Notes under the pieces: generated by a model | What the model was told of the DNA's origin: nothing | Seen by the model: the letters and a program-made list of their open reading frames with translations, nothing else | Databases searched by the model: none | Assembly (NCBI GenBank): GCA_951406725.2 | Contig: OX597839.1 | Location: forward strand, 38,998,001-39,062,000 | DNA from: Octopus vulgaris | Taxonomy: Eukaryota | Length of the DNA: 64,000 nt | Reading direction: 5' to 3' | Position numbers and translations under genes: made by a program | Shown here: positions 39,928-52,702 of the stretch, piece after piece | Layout: each line of letters begins with the position of its first letter | How positions within the stretch are numbered: position 1 is the first letter of the stretch

Positions 39928-40285
39928 ACTCTTTACTCTTTTACTTAATTCAGTAATTTGACTGCGGCCATGCTGGAGCACCGCCTTTAGTCGAGCAAAT
40001 CGACCCCAGGACTTATTCTTTGTAAGCTTAGTATCGGTCTCTTTTGCCGAACTGCTAAGTTACGGGGACGTAAACATAGCAGCATCGGTTCTCAAGCGAT
40101 GTTGGGAGGGGGGAAAACACAGATACACAAGCGTATACACACACACGCACTCATATATATATATATATATATATCGACATATATACGACGGGTTTCTTTC
40201 AGTTTCCGTCTACCAAATCCACTCACAAGGCTTTGGTCTTGTCCAAGGTGCCACAAGCTACTTACCACACAGCCACTCTTACGCC
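39928..40285 (-). mobile_element. SINE family B with internal deletions
   Basis: Reverse complement of the 43759 copy, lacking parts of the head. Confidence 0.85.
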
Positions 40286-41189
40286 TTATATATAGCCACT
40301 CTTACGCATATATATATATTCACACACACACTCCGCCAACCAGGTTTGTGCTTGAAGTGTTTTACCTATCCTCTTAGTTATATTTTTATATTTTTCTGGC
40401 TGTGCTAGGCGAACGTTGCTCGCTCACCAAAGATGGCAAATATGGTAAATATACATTTACGAGGGTATTTTCTTTACACACACACACACACACATACACA
40501 AAATACCTGTTTAATAGGTTTTGTGTAATTGATGCACTAAACATGCACTGGAAGAAGGATCGAAAGACCGACCGTTCGTGCAATTCTTGAAATAATATTT
40601 AATAATCGCATCGCAATATATTTAATGAATGTTGTGATTAAATACGAGCTCTGCTGGGGGTAGTTTTAATAAATATGTGTTTAATAGGGTCTTGTTATGC
40701 GTTGCCACATCGAGACTTGTGCTGCCCTCTCACAAAAGGTAGCCGACTCAAAATAAATATTAAGTTCTCTCGAAAATTCGTTCACGGATTATATTTGGAA
40801 TCTAAGTTTTCTGTTTTTGTCTCCTGTTTCGAAATATTGTGGTTGCGTCAGTTGCTTTATACGGATGTATCTATACCTTAGGGCTAGTTGTATCATGATA
40901 TAGCACCGGGTGGATAAGGGAAATAATGAGAAAGTAACGAGAAAAAGAATGTATGAAAGACAGAGAGAGGAGAGTGAGGAGAGAGAAAAGAGAGAAAGAG
41001 GTGAGTGAGTGAGAGAGAGAGAGAAAGAAGTAAAGAGAGTGAGTGGGAGAAAGAAAATCCCGTAAGGATGAAAGGCAAAGTCGACCTCGGCGGAATTTAA
41101 ACTCAGAACGTAACGGCATTGCATTTCGCCCGGAGCGCTAACGTTTCTTCCAGCTCGTAGCCTTTCTGTAATTTCTGACTAAACAACCT

Positions 41190-41438
41190 GCACCGGGGAT
41201 TGTTCTTATAGTGATCACATGTATGTATTGTATATTAGCTCATTCCTCCCATCAAATCGACATTGGTTGAACAGGTGCACAGGTGTACCACATGTTAGAT
41301 GTTGGAGTGATCGTAGAGCAACACGAAATTATGTTTTGCCCCCAAACACAATTCCCCACCCAGTCTAGGACATGAAACCACAATCCCGTGATGTGATCGT
41401 GAGTGCAACACCCTAACCACTAGGCCATGCACATCCAC
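41190..41438 (-). mobile_element. Diverged tRNA-derived SINE related to family D
   Basis: Minus-strand head GTGGATGTGCATGGCCTAGTGGTTAGGGTGTTGCACTCACGATC. A SINE C head (minus) lies just left at 41060-41162. Confidence 0.65.
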
Positions 41439-41493
41439 AACCAGCTTAGATACTCGTGCCCTATAAGATATACTCTTTTGCCAGTATAATATA

Positions 41494-41722
41494 CACGAGT
41501 GGGTACTGAAAACTTGCTGGTTTTAAGGATATCGCGAAAGGCCCGGTTGGAGGCCCAACCTACCGAGTACTTTTACAGGGCTTAGAAAAACTGAAGGACC
41601 GTTACAATAAGTGTGTGAGTCTGAGAGGGGAATATGTGGAATAAAATCATAATTAATTGATCCACCTGCATTTTCTTTTTGTTTTTTAAGAAAAGCCAAG
41701 AAATTTTCAGCACTCCCTCGTA
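41494..41722 (+). mobile_element. Non-autonomous mariner deletion derivative
   Basis: TIRs CGAGTGGGTACTGAAAACTTGCTGGTTTT / AAAGCCAAGAAATTTTCAGCACTCCCTCG-TA. Interior retains the transposase C-terminus LEKLKDRYNKCVSLRGEYVE*. Confidence 0.85.
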
Positions 41723-42713
41723 CTCCTGCATTATCATATATACTCTTTTACCAACATACATACTCCAACAGCAGCTCATATACTCATTTCCTAGGCAAAC
41801 GTGTTTTTCGTAATGGAAATTTTGAAACTGAACCAACCAACCAACCAACCAGCCAACCAACAACGCCGACATCAATGACAAAAAAAAAACCCCCAAAAAA
41901 ACTAAGCAGAAAATATTTGGCAACGAAGTGTATTATTTGGAGAGGTCACGAGCGGAAACATAAGAAGGATAGTAAACAAGATAGATATATTATCTAAATA
42001 TCAAAACACTGCCATTTAGAATGGAAACAGCTTCTTCAAAGAACGGTAAACAGAGGCACCTGGATGTAATCATCACATTCAGCAATTCCATACACACACA
42101 CACACACAAATACACACATACGCACACACTCAAACTCCACACTCAAACTCCTACATACTCTCTCTGGGTGAAGTGGATCTCCATCGTTTTACTGAATTTC
42201 CTGCTCCTGAAGTAAAGGGGAATGTGGGTGAGTATTCCGCGAACACGTGTACCATAAACCAAATTCCCTGGCAGAATCAGTGACACAATGTGTTTGATAC
42301 GAATGTACCTTTTGGAGTTACGGGTGCAATTCATCCGACCAACTTCTATACAGTTTGTTACTCATAAAGTATGGACGAACCCAAGTCTATAGAAAAATTA
42401 CATCTGCCCAAGATGCTGCGCAGTGAAACCGAAACCAAGGACCTCGTGGTTCCGAAGCGAACATTTTGATGATTTGACGATATTGCGTCTCCATACTCAT
42501 AAGATTACACACACAGGCACACGCATGTCAAAAAAAAAAAAAAAGAAACGAAACAAAAACAAAAGGTTTCACTTATATACGACGGGCTTCTTTCAGTTTC
42601 CGTCTACCAAATCCACTCACAAGCCTTTGGAGTTGGAGTGAACCCGGAACCATGTGGTTCGTAAGCAAGCTACTTACCACATAGCCACTCCTACGCCTTA
42701 CACACACACACAC

Positions 42714-42760
<47 letters not shown>

Positions 42761-42884
42761 CACACACACACACTTCGTCAACCAAGTTTGTGCATGAAGT
42801 GTTTTACCTATCCTTAAGGAGTCAATTGCGAACACCTTCCAACCCAGTTCATCTGTCCCCTCATTCTGTTGGCAACAAAAGGTT

Positions 42885-43167
42885 TCTCTCTCAGAGTGAA
42901 AGGCAGATTGTATGATGCTTGGGTACGTCATCGACGAGGTCGCAAATGGAAACAGAAAGATTTTGAGAAACCAAACCTAGCTGACTGACTGATTGATTGG
43001 CAGAACGGTCAATCAACGGTTAACAAACTGGCATATAACTATAAAGAAGTGAAATAAAACCAGTGTGAGTGTTTGTTATTGGTATTATCACCACTTAAGA
43101 TACAAAATGATTATAGTTCCACAAACGAGTTCACATCAAGAATTTTGTAAATCAAACAAATAACCTC

Positions 43168-43200
<33 letters not shown>

Positions 43201-43218
43201 GTCTGTCTCTGTCTCTCC

Positions 43219-43255
<37 letters not shown>

Positions 43256-43700
43256 AGAGTGAAAGATAGATTATATGATTCTTATGTGTGTCATTGATGA
43301 GGTCACGAATTGCAACGAAAGATCTTTGACAAGCCTAGCTAATTACTTGGTTGATTGATTGACAGAATGATTAATCAAGTGATATATTAATTAATTGGTT
43401 AAATGGTCGACAAATTGACAAATAAAGTGGAATAGAACCAGTGCGCAACTCCAGGCTCTATACAAACTCCATCATTTCAGCGGTATAGGACCTGGAAACT
43501 AAGTGACAGACAGACAGACCTACAACAAATCTGAAGTAAAGATGGTATGTCATTCATGAAGTCGTGAACGGTGACGAAAGGACTTTGATTAATCTGATTG
43601 TTAAACCGACCGATAAATGAAACAGTTGATTAGTTAATTAATTCGTTGAACAGTTAATCAATAGACAAAAAGTAATTAAGAAGTGAAACAGAACCAGCGC
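42885..43700 (+). repeat. Three diverged copies of a ~180-bp unit (42885-43066, 43251-43446, 43531-43700)
   Basis: Shared GTCATYSAYGARGTC...GAAAG...GATTG...AAGTGRAAYARAACCAG. Copy 1 begins in a LINE fragment encoding LLATKGFSLRVKGRLYDAWVR. Confidence 0.7.
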
Positions 43701-43758
43701 ATGTGTTTATCATTGGCATAATGACTCTCCCGAGAAAAAAAAAGGAATATTCAACATA

Positions 43759-44192
43759 CGCAGGAGTGGCTGTGTGGTAAGTAGCTTGCTAACCAACCAC
43801 ATGGTTCCGGGTTCAGTCCCACTGCGTGGCATCTTGGGCAAGTGTCTTCTGCTATAGCCCCGAGCCGACCAAAGCCTTGTGAGTGGATTTGGTAGACGGA
43901 AACTGAAAGAAGCCTGTCGTATATATGTATATATATATATATATATGTGTGTGTATGTGTGTTTATATGTTTGTGTGTCTGTGTTTGTCCCCCCACCAAC
44001 ATCGCTTGACAACCGATGCTGGTGTGTTTACGTCCCCGTCACCTAGCCGTTCGGCAAAAAGAGACCGATAGAATAAGTACTGGGCTTACAAAAAAAGAAT
44101 AAGTCACGGGGTCGATTTGCTCGACTAAAGGCGGTGCTCCAGCATGGCCGCAGTCAAATGACTGAAACAAGTAAAAGAGTAAAGAGTAAGAG
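43759..44192 (+). mobile_element. SINE family B, full-length and well preserved
   Basis: tRNA-like head GCAGGAGTGGCTGTGTGGTAAG...GGGTTCAGTCCC, internal TA/TG microsatellite, 3' module and AAGAGT-type tail. Confidence 0.92.
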
Positions 44193-44520
44193 TATACGCG
44201 CGTTCAGATCGAGAATCTTGCAAACGAAGTGCAAAATATAAAGGAACAATTTGACAGCTAAAATGTTTGAAGAAGCTAGGTTTTATATCATTTTATTACT
44301 AGACCAGCATGCTCTCCCTCGTTGGATAGAAAACCTAAAATTATTTCCCAACAAGTCTTGAAATATTTAAGACTTGCTTTTATAGAATTAATTAATAAAC
44401 GGTACGACGTGTTATATAATTAATATCAATCACTAATTAGCAAGTATCTATCTACACACTACTCGGTGATTAATTCGGGATAATAACTGATATAGGATAT
44501 TTAGTTGTGGATATGTGTGT

Positions 44521-44588
<68 letters not shown>

Positions 44589-44705
44589 ACGTGCAAAAAG
44601 ACGTTCTGTGAGAAAACAGAGGATGGAGGAAAGGAAATAGATCGGAAGGCGGAAGGAAACGGCAGAAACATCAATGAAATAATGAGAGATGAAGGAGAAT
44701 GTGTA

Positions 44706-44745
44706 GATGATGATGATGATGATGATGATGGTCTTGGTGATGATA

Positions 44746-44786
<41 letters not shown>

Positions 44787-44837
44787 AATGATGATGATGA
44801 TGATGACAAATGATGATGATGATGATGATGATGATGT

Positions 44838-44874
<37 letters not shown>

Positions 44875-45008
44875 AATGATGATGATGATAATGATGATGA
44901 TGATGATGGTCTTGGTGATGTTGGTGATGATGAAGATAAGTGATGATGGCGTGGTGATGATGATGGTCACGGTGGTGGTGATGGCGAGCGATGATGGCGT
45001 GATGATTC

Positions 45009-45042
<34 letters not shown>

Positions 45043-45515
45043 AGTGGTGATAATGATGTATCGTGATGGCGGTGAAGGTAATTATGTCGTAAACACTGAC
45101 AGTGATGAGTATGAGGATAATTATGGTGGTGGTGGTGGGGATGGTGATTATAGTGATGATGATGATGATGGTAGTGGTGGTTATGATGGTGATGATGATG
45201 ATAATGATAGTGGTGGTGGTGGTGGTGGTGGTGGTGGTGGTTGTGATGATTATTGTAATAATTACTATTATAATGACGACGATAGTGATGATGGTGGTTT
45301 TGATGATGAAAAGAAGGAAATTGGTGATGATGATGATGATGATAAGGAGGAGAAAGAGACTGTACTGTGATGATGGTGAGGGGTTGGTATGCCCGAAACC
45401 GGTGATAGCGATGGTTATGATGATGATCATGAAAGCGATGATAATAACGATTATGATGATGGTTATGATGACGGTGATAATTATGATGATGATGATGATG
45501 ATTAAGGTGGTGTGA
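44706..45515. repeat. (GAT)n/(GGT)n microsatellite field
   Basis: Directly visible; source of the poly-Met, poly-Asp and poly-His ORFs. Confidence 0.95.
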
Positions 45516-45557
45516 TGGTGACCAAGAAATACTCGTTACGTTCGTCCAAGAAACAAA

Positions 45558-45995
45558 AGAGAGAGGAAAAGAGAGACAGAGAGAGAGGGAGGAAAAAGAA
45601 AGGAGAGAAAGAGGGAGTGGGAGAGTGAGATAGAAATAGGGAGAGAGAGCGGGAGGAAAATGAAAGGAGAGAAAGAGGGAGTGAGAGAGTGAGGGAGGAA
45701 AAAGAAAGGAGGGGAAAGAGGGAGTGAGAGGGAGGAAAAAGAAAAGAAAGAAAGAGGGAGAGAGAGGGAGGAAAAAGAAAAGAGAGAAAGAGGGAGTGGG
45801 AGAGTGAGATAGAAAGAGGGAGAGAGAGAGAGGGAGGAAAATGAAAGGAGAGAAAGAGGGAGGGAGAGAGTGAGGGAGGAAAAAGAAAGGAGAGAAAGAG
45901 GGAGTGAGAGAGAAGGAGGAAAGAGAGAGAGAGGGAGTGAGTGAGAGAGAAACAAAGAGAGACAGAGATAGGGAGGAAAAAGAAAGCAGAGAAAG
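45558..45995 (+). repeat. Polypurine minisatellite
   Basis: About nine imperfect copies of GAGGGAGGAAAAAGAAAGGAGAGAAAGAGGGAG. Confidence 0.88.
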
Positions 45996-46212
45996 TGGGG
46001 GTGAGAAAGTGAGTGAGTGAGAGAGAGTAGAATTAGAGGAAATTATGGCAAATACTATGAGTAAGAGGCGTTGATTTTATTCAGTGTTGCAATATATTGA
46101 ATGGCGGATTTTTAAAAACAAAACGGCTTTCCTACTCAAGTTCCAGTCCTGTCTTTTAAGCCCAGACTCTATTTTCTCAGTATATCTGCATGCTTACGTT
46201 TCTTTATATTCT

Positions 46213-46833
46213 TCATCTTTTACTTGTTTCGGTCACCAGACTGCGATCATGCTAGGGGCACCGCCTCGAAGGGGTTTTTAGTCGAACAAACCGGCACCAG
46301 TACTTAATGCGTTTTTCAAAAGTTGGCACTTGTTCTATCGGTTTCTCTTGTCGGATCGCTAATTTATGGGGACATAAACAAACCAACATCGGTTGTTAAT
46401 CGATGGTGGGAGGATAAACACACACACTCACACACACCCACACTCACATGGCGTGGCTGTGTGGTAAGAAGCTAGCTTCCCAACCATATGGTTCTGGGTT
46501 CAGTTCCACTGTGTGACACCTTGGGCAAGTGTCCTTTATTATAGCCGACCAAAGCCTTGTGAGTGGATATGATAATCAGGAACTGAAAAGAAGCCTGACG
46601 TGTATATATGTGTGTGTGTGTGTTCGTGTCAGTGTTTGTCCCCGCCTCCCCCACCGCTTGACAACCGGTGTTAGTGTGTTTACCTCTCCGTATATTAGCG
46701 GTTCAGCAAAAAGAGACCTATAGAATAAGTACTGGGCTTCAAAAAATATTGCCCAAGGCCGATAGGTTCGACTAAAACCCTTCAAGGCAGTGCCCCAGCA
46801 TGGTCGCAGTCAAACGATTGAAACAAGTAAAAA
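46213..46833. mobile_element. Inverted pair of SINE B copies (3' half on minus 46213-46420; full copy on plus 46449-46833)
   Basis: TTTTACTTGTTTC...GGGGCACCGCC...TTTTAGTCGAAC mirrored by GTTCGACTAAAA...GGCAGTGCCCC...GAAACAAGTAAAA. Confidence 0.82.
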
Positions 46834-46841
46834 GCAAAAAG

Positions 46842-46881
<40 letters not shown>

Positions 46882-47521
46882 CATTAGTTTCAAAAACTTA
46901 AACAAAAGAACGAACGGCAAATACAAACGCAAGGCCCAGACGTGCTCTTTCCTCGTCAGTTATCGTTCCTCCAGAAAACCATTACAATTTCACGCCTTTA
47001 ACGATAATACTATTTTCGTTTTTGGTGGCGTCAACAGCGAATAGCTGCTAGGACTACGGATGATTTTACACTTTCCGTCTAGCAATCCTACTCATAAGGC
47101 ACTGGTCGCTAAGGGGTTATATTATGAAGACACTTGCACAAGTACAACTAAATTCGAGACTATATAGTTGCAAGGCCATTCCGGCACATATAAAAATAAA
47201 AAAAATTTTAAAAAATGGCAATCAGAATTTCTCCAAAATATAAACAATGAAAAACAAAAAGCGAATTAAGAAACAGTACCGTCACCTCCTTACTATTAAA
47301 TAAATAGCCAGCCGTAACCACCTCTCCACATCAGCAGATCTCTAATAAAATTTATAGTCAAGGACACACCAGAGAGACTGCGTCCGCCGCCATCTTTCAC
47401 ACCTCATTCCGTCTACTCACGCGAGAATTATTGCTTTTGTATTCATAAGTGAAAAGTACAAAACATTAAATACAAACACAGACTGTCTCTCATTCCTTGT
47501 TTGAGAGTAAGAACACAACAC

Positions 47522-47578
<57 letters not shown>

Positions 47579-47673
47579 ACACAGAGTCTCTCTCTCCATA
47601 TACATACATATATATAGACACAGCAATAGATAAATGTGAGTTATGTGTATGTATACATGTACATGTGCATGGT

Positions 47674-47743
<70 letters not shown>

Positions 47744-48231
47744 TGCACATATATGTGTATATGTGTCAGCATATGTAAGTACGTAGGTGTTTGTATGTGT
47801 TTATATATGAATCCGTTTGTGTGCGTACACACACACATACTAAGAGACACATATTATTTGTATTTGTCCGCATATGTTTGTATATTCTTTTACATACACA
47901 TGGACCGCGTGGCTAAAGATTTCTAGAGTTCACTTGGCACTGAAAAACTCTTCTTCTACTTCCTCCTCCCTCACTACTATCAGTACTTCCCCCCATCCCT
48001 TCCTCAATAATATCATTCTTTGTCTAAAATGCAATCGTGGTTTTTAATTTCTTCTATATACTATCTACCTTCAAACCCCACCGGATACAACATTGACTAA
48101 CCTCCTTCCTGCAGACAATGAAATATAGTATCAGTTATTCAGTTATGTACTGTGGGAAGGTTCAGTGAATCAATTTTACACCACCCTGGATCGATTTCTC
48201 TTCTGATGGTCTGTGTCAGAAATCGGTATTT

Positions 48232-48463
48232 AGGCGGCGAGCTGGCAGAAACGTTAGCACGCCGGGCGAAATGCTTAGCGGTATTTCGTCTGCCGCTACG
48301 TTCTGAGTTCAAATTCCGCCGAGGTCGACTTTGCCTTTCATCCTTTCAGGGTCGATAAATTAAGTACCAGTTACGCACTGGGGTCGATATAATCGACTTA
48401 ATCCGTTTGTCTGTCCTTGTTTGTCCTCTCTGTGTTTAGCCCCTTGTGGGTAGTAAAGAAAAA
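48232..48463 (+). mobile_element. SINE family C, full length, 9-bp TSD
   Basis: Complete head and tail; GGTATTTAG at 48225-48233 and 48464-48472. Confidence 0.92.
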
Positions 48464-48471
48464 GGTATTTA

Positions 48472-48630
48472 GTCCGGCACTGTAAAGACTTGGCGGAGTC
48501 CGACACCTGTATTCAACAGATTCGACTTAAAACCATTTATCCGATCACATATACTTCGGTATTCATATAGGGACTTCAAAGCAACAAGAAGCTGTTTATC
48601 GATCCCATATTCCTGCAGAACTTTCCACAA
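48472..48630 (-). pseudogene. LINE (RTE-like) reverse transcriptase fragment
   Basis: LWKVLQEYGIDKQLLVALKSLYEYRSICDRINGFKSNLLNTGVGLRQ, the RT segment leading into the GLRQG motif. Confidence 0.8.
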
Positions 48631-48639
48631 GTCTACAAT

Positions 48640-49030
48640 GACCCCAGTGCGTAACTGGTACTTATTTAATCGACCCCGAAAGGATGAAAGGCAAAGTCGG
48701 CCTCGGCGGAATTTGAACTCAGAACGTTGCGGCAGACGAAATACCGCTAAGCATTTCGCCCGGCATGCTAACGTTTCTGCCAGCTCGCCGCCTTACATAT
48801 ATATTTCTTTACTACCCACAGGGGCTAAACATAGAGGGGACAAACAAGGACAGACAAAGGGATTAAGTCGATTACATCGACCCCAGTGCGAAACTGGTAC
48901 TTTATTTATCGACCCGAAAGGATGAAAGGCAAAGTCGACCTCGGCGGAATTTGAACTCAGAAAGTAACGTCAGACGAAATACTGCTAAGCATTTCGCCCG
49001 GCGTGCTAACGCTTCTGCCAGCTCGCCGCC
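48640..49030 (-). mobile_element. Two tandem SINE family C copies
   Basis: 48640-48792 (3'-truncated) and 48802-49030 (full); TTACATATA at 48793-48801 and 49031-49039. Confidence 0.92.
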
Positions 49031-49188
49031 TTACATATAGAGAGAGAGACACACTCCCAGATAGCCAATTCCATTTTCGTGGCCAATATCTTCGTCTCAT
49101 ATTGACAAGTTACAGTACTTGGTGCTATGGACATTTAAACGGTATTATTTGAGTAAGAATTCTTCCAATTTCCTTAATGTCAACACAG

Positions 49189-49249
<61 letters not shown>

Positions 49250-49335
49250 TACACACACACGCACACTTACGCACGCACGCACAAGCATATGCACATACAA
49301 ACATAAAAAACACCACACCACAAAAAGTAATAAAT

Positions 49336-49384
<49 letters not shown>

Positions 49385-50143
49385 TTATTTATTTATTAAA
49401 ATATAAATACCAACGCAAAATGTTTGGTAAGGGCCTCAAGTCTTCCTTCTTTCTGTCCGTTCTGTCAATAAACACAGTAAGTTTGGCTTTGACTTCGATA
49501 TGGAATGGAAAGACAAACCAAACAGAAAGTCCAACAAAAGAAAAAGAAGAAGAAAACAAAACGAAGAGGAAAAGAAAAATGGTAAATAAAACTCTAGCAT
49601 CATCTAAATGCAAAAGCTGTGTTCGCACGTTTTAGACACGGTATGTGTGCGCAGTGATTAAAGACAGCGCAAACATTATAAACCTTTGATTGTGTCTGAC
49701 CTGTTCTTATGGTGTGAGCGTGTGCAACTATGGCGGTTTAAAAACACTCGTGTCATTGTGGAAGTGCTGTGGAATATTGAACGCCGTCTCTTAAATATAT
49801 TCAGAAATAGGAAAGACGTTTCGTAGTGTTTGTCTTTACTTGGGGTGAAAGGAGACATTTTGAATTTTGAGATGTTTGATGAAAGGAAAAGAGGGTTGAA
49901 ATGTGTCAGCGCGCGTGTGCGCGTGTGCGTGTGTGTGGGTGGTTATGTGTGTGTGTGTATGGTTATGTGTGTGTGTGTGATTGATGTTTGAATAGTAATA
50001 GACGAAGGGTATTGATTTTTTTTCATTTATTTCTGATTCGCCAACTGATCAGAAGAAATACCGGCTATGTTCCATATGTACACACATATATACTTGCGTG
50101 CGTATGTAAGTATATGTATTATGTGGGTTTATATGCGTGTGTG

Positions 50144-50180
<37 letters not shown>

Positions 50181-50382
50181 TAGGGTTCATAAACTTTTAT
50201 ACACGAAAACGATGCACGAAATAAACTTTTAAGATGGTGGTTGCTTCATTATATATATAGACAAATACATATATACATTCACTTACATACATACATACAT
50301 ACAGATATACATACACACACACAACACACACACACACACACATACACACACACACACATACATACATACATACATACATACA

Positions 50383-50432
<50 letters not shown>

Positions 50433-50443
50433 CATATACATAC

Positions 50444-50533
<90 letters not shown>

Positions 50534-50550
50534 TGTACATACATCTATAT

Positions 50551-50966
50551 ACCATTTCGGGCGGGTTACTCGGACCAGAACTAGTCTTTCTTCTGAAGTG
50601 TTTCTGCCTTCCGTGACATTTAAAAAGTTTTCTGTTAGTAACTTGAAATCAGGAGAGAGAGAGAGTTAATCAACGTACGTCATTCTAGGTCGTCTGACCT
50701 GAAAATCCCCATGACACGCGACCCACAGAAGGACCTCGCTCAGTAAGTCATTTTTCCTTCGATAACAGTGACCAGCATATCTTGTCTTCCTCTCTCGAGG
50801 GATTGAGAGGATATGCTGGAGAATAGTTCAGTAAAATGCTTCTTTCGTTGAGAAGAGTACGCGACATAAGTGTGTAGGACCCATTATGCTTGCTCTCCGT
50901 CTGTTTATTTGTCAGAGTCCATGTTGATGAACCGTAAAGAATATTAAACTGGTGTATACATGCATG

Positions 50967-51025
<59 letters not shown>

Positions 51026-51395
51026 TGTTGTTGGCATTCTTTTCTCTCGGTTGACAATGGAGTTGCACTTAAAATAATCCAGTTTTGCGCAGGCCTGGGC
51101 TAGATGTAAGAAAATCCTGGGTATCCCAATCGTCAGGATTCCTCTCTCGACCTTGCTGACGTAGTCCAAAAGAATGCAGAGCATTACGTTTGGCACCAGC
51201 TTGGTTGCAGGAGCTGCCGGAAGAGTGTCGAGTCCAACACTAAACCACCTACGGGGCTCCACTCTGGATTCTTTTGAAGGTTGTCTCCTTTCCGTTACCC
51301 TGGATAGGGGCCCAAACCGGGTACTGTCAGCCGGAGCCAGCTGATCCCGGGACTCGTGTCAGGCAGGGTCGTCACTCCCTGAAGTAGTGAAGAAA
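50551..51395 (-). mobile_element. Internally deleted RTE-clade LINE: GC-rich 5' region joined through (TG)n to the ORF C-terminus
   Basis: ILYGSSTWTLT...ESKHNGSYTLMSR and RYAGHCYR...LLSEVLLW..HG...RRPRMTYVD match RTE C-terminal motifs. Assignment of 51030-51395 as the 5' UTR is inferred. Confidence 0.7.
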
Positions 51396-51647
51396 ATCGC
51401 TACCCACTACCTACACACACACGTGTGTGTGTGTGTGTGTGTGCGCGCGAGCGCGTGTATGTGTGTATTATTCAACAAGAATATTGTCGTCGGTGTCTTA
51501 ACTGACCGAAACTCCGTAGTCACTGTCAACATTATTCCTCCAAGACTCCTACCGAAGTTACGCTGATGTCATCGTGCATCATCTCTGGTTTGCATTTTGT
51601 AATCTTTCTAAAGGTGAAGATCAAAACAAGGAATAGGATTTTCATAG

Positions 51648-51985
51648 GTGCAGATATGGCAGTGGAGTAAAGAAACTTACTTTGCAGCTACCTGGCTTCG
51701 AGTTCAGTCCCACAGCACGCAGTATCTTGAGCAAGTATTTTCTACCGTTACTATGGAATGACCAAAGCCTCGTGAGTGAATTTGATAGACGGAAACTGTA
51801 ATGAAGCTTGTATATAAAAATATATGTGCGTGGCAGCTGTTGATTTGTCCCAGTAATCTAGCGATTCGGCAAAAGAGACCGATAGATAAAAATAAAATGA
51901 GTGCTGGTGTCCATTTGTTCGATTGAAATCTTCAAAACGGTGTTCCAGCATAGTCGCAGTCTAATGACTGAATCAAGCAAAAGGG
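51648..51985 (+). mobile_element. SINE family B, diverged
   Basis: GAGTTCAGTCCCACAG...TAGACGGAAACTG...TTCGGCAAAAGAGACCGATAG...ATGACTGAATCAAG. Confidence 0.8.
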
Positions 51986-52213
51986 TAAAAATTATATGGT
52001 ACCCAATTTTATCGATGGTAAAATGTGCAGTATATTCAATCAACAAGAAGAATAGTAGTGCTGCCATGCTTCGTTATCTGATGTTGTAGGGAACATAAAA
52101 AATCAATGTATTTGGCAATGCTGTATGAAGTAATCTCCCGAAATGTCAGTGTCTCGGTTGTAATAAATCCTATATATTATCCGTATATTGTTCGTAAATA
52201 CATCTACACACAT

Positions 52214-52260
<47 letters not shown>

Positions 52261-52641
52261 GCCCCACACATAAACGTGCAGGCATAAAGAGACATATACA
52301 TACAACAATTAATTTTAGATTTGAAACTTGCATCTCGTCGACAGCTTTCCTGTCCAACTATAGTAACAACTGAGTATCACCTTCCCTAGAGGTCATTGTG
52401 ACCTCGGAGGAGATTGTGGAAATACAACGAAACAGCAAACCACCTGAAAGATCCGAATCTAAATTCATATCTATATACTGTGTATGGCATTAAGTTTATG
52501 GTCCTCTAAACCAAGAGAAAATACACCGCATAGCGAATCATGCAGACTGAGTTTCAAAATATAATAATATCCCACACTTTTCAATAGAATTCTATGTTTC
52601 TTCGCTTAACTTCAAATCACGCTATTGTCTTGTTTACAGTA

Positions 52642-52702
<61 letters not shown>

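Noticed and set aside
44501-45515. His/Met/Asp-rich ORFs (likewise 20510-20980, 25277-26071, 32236-33024, 61727-62422)
   Set aside because: Simple-repeat translations with no domain signature or splice context.
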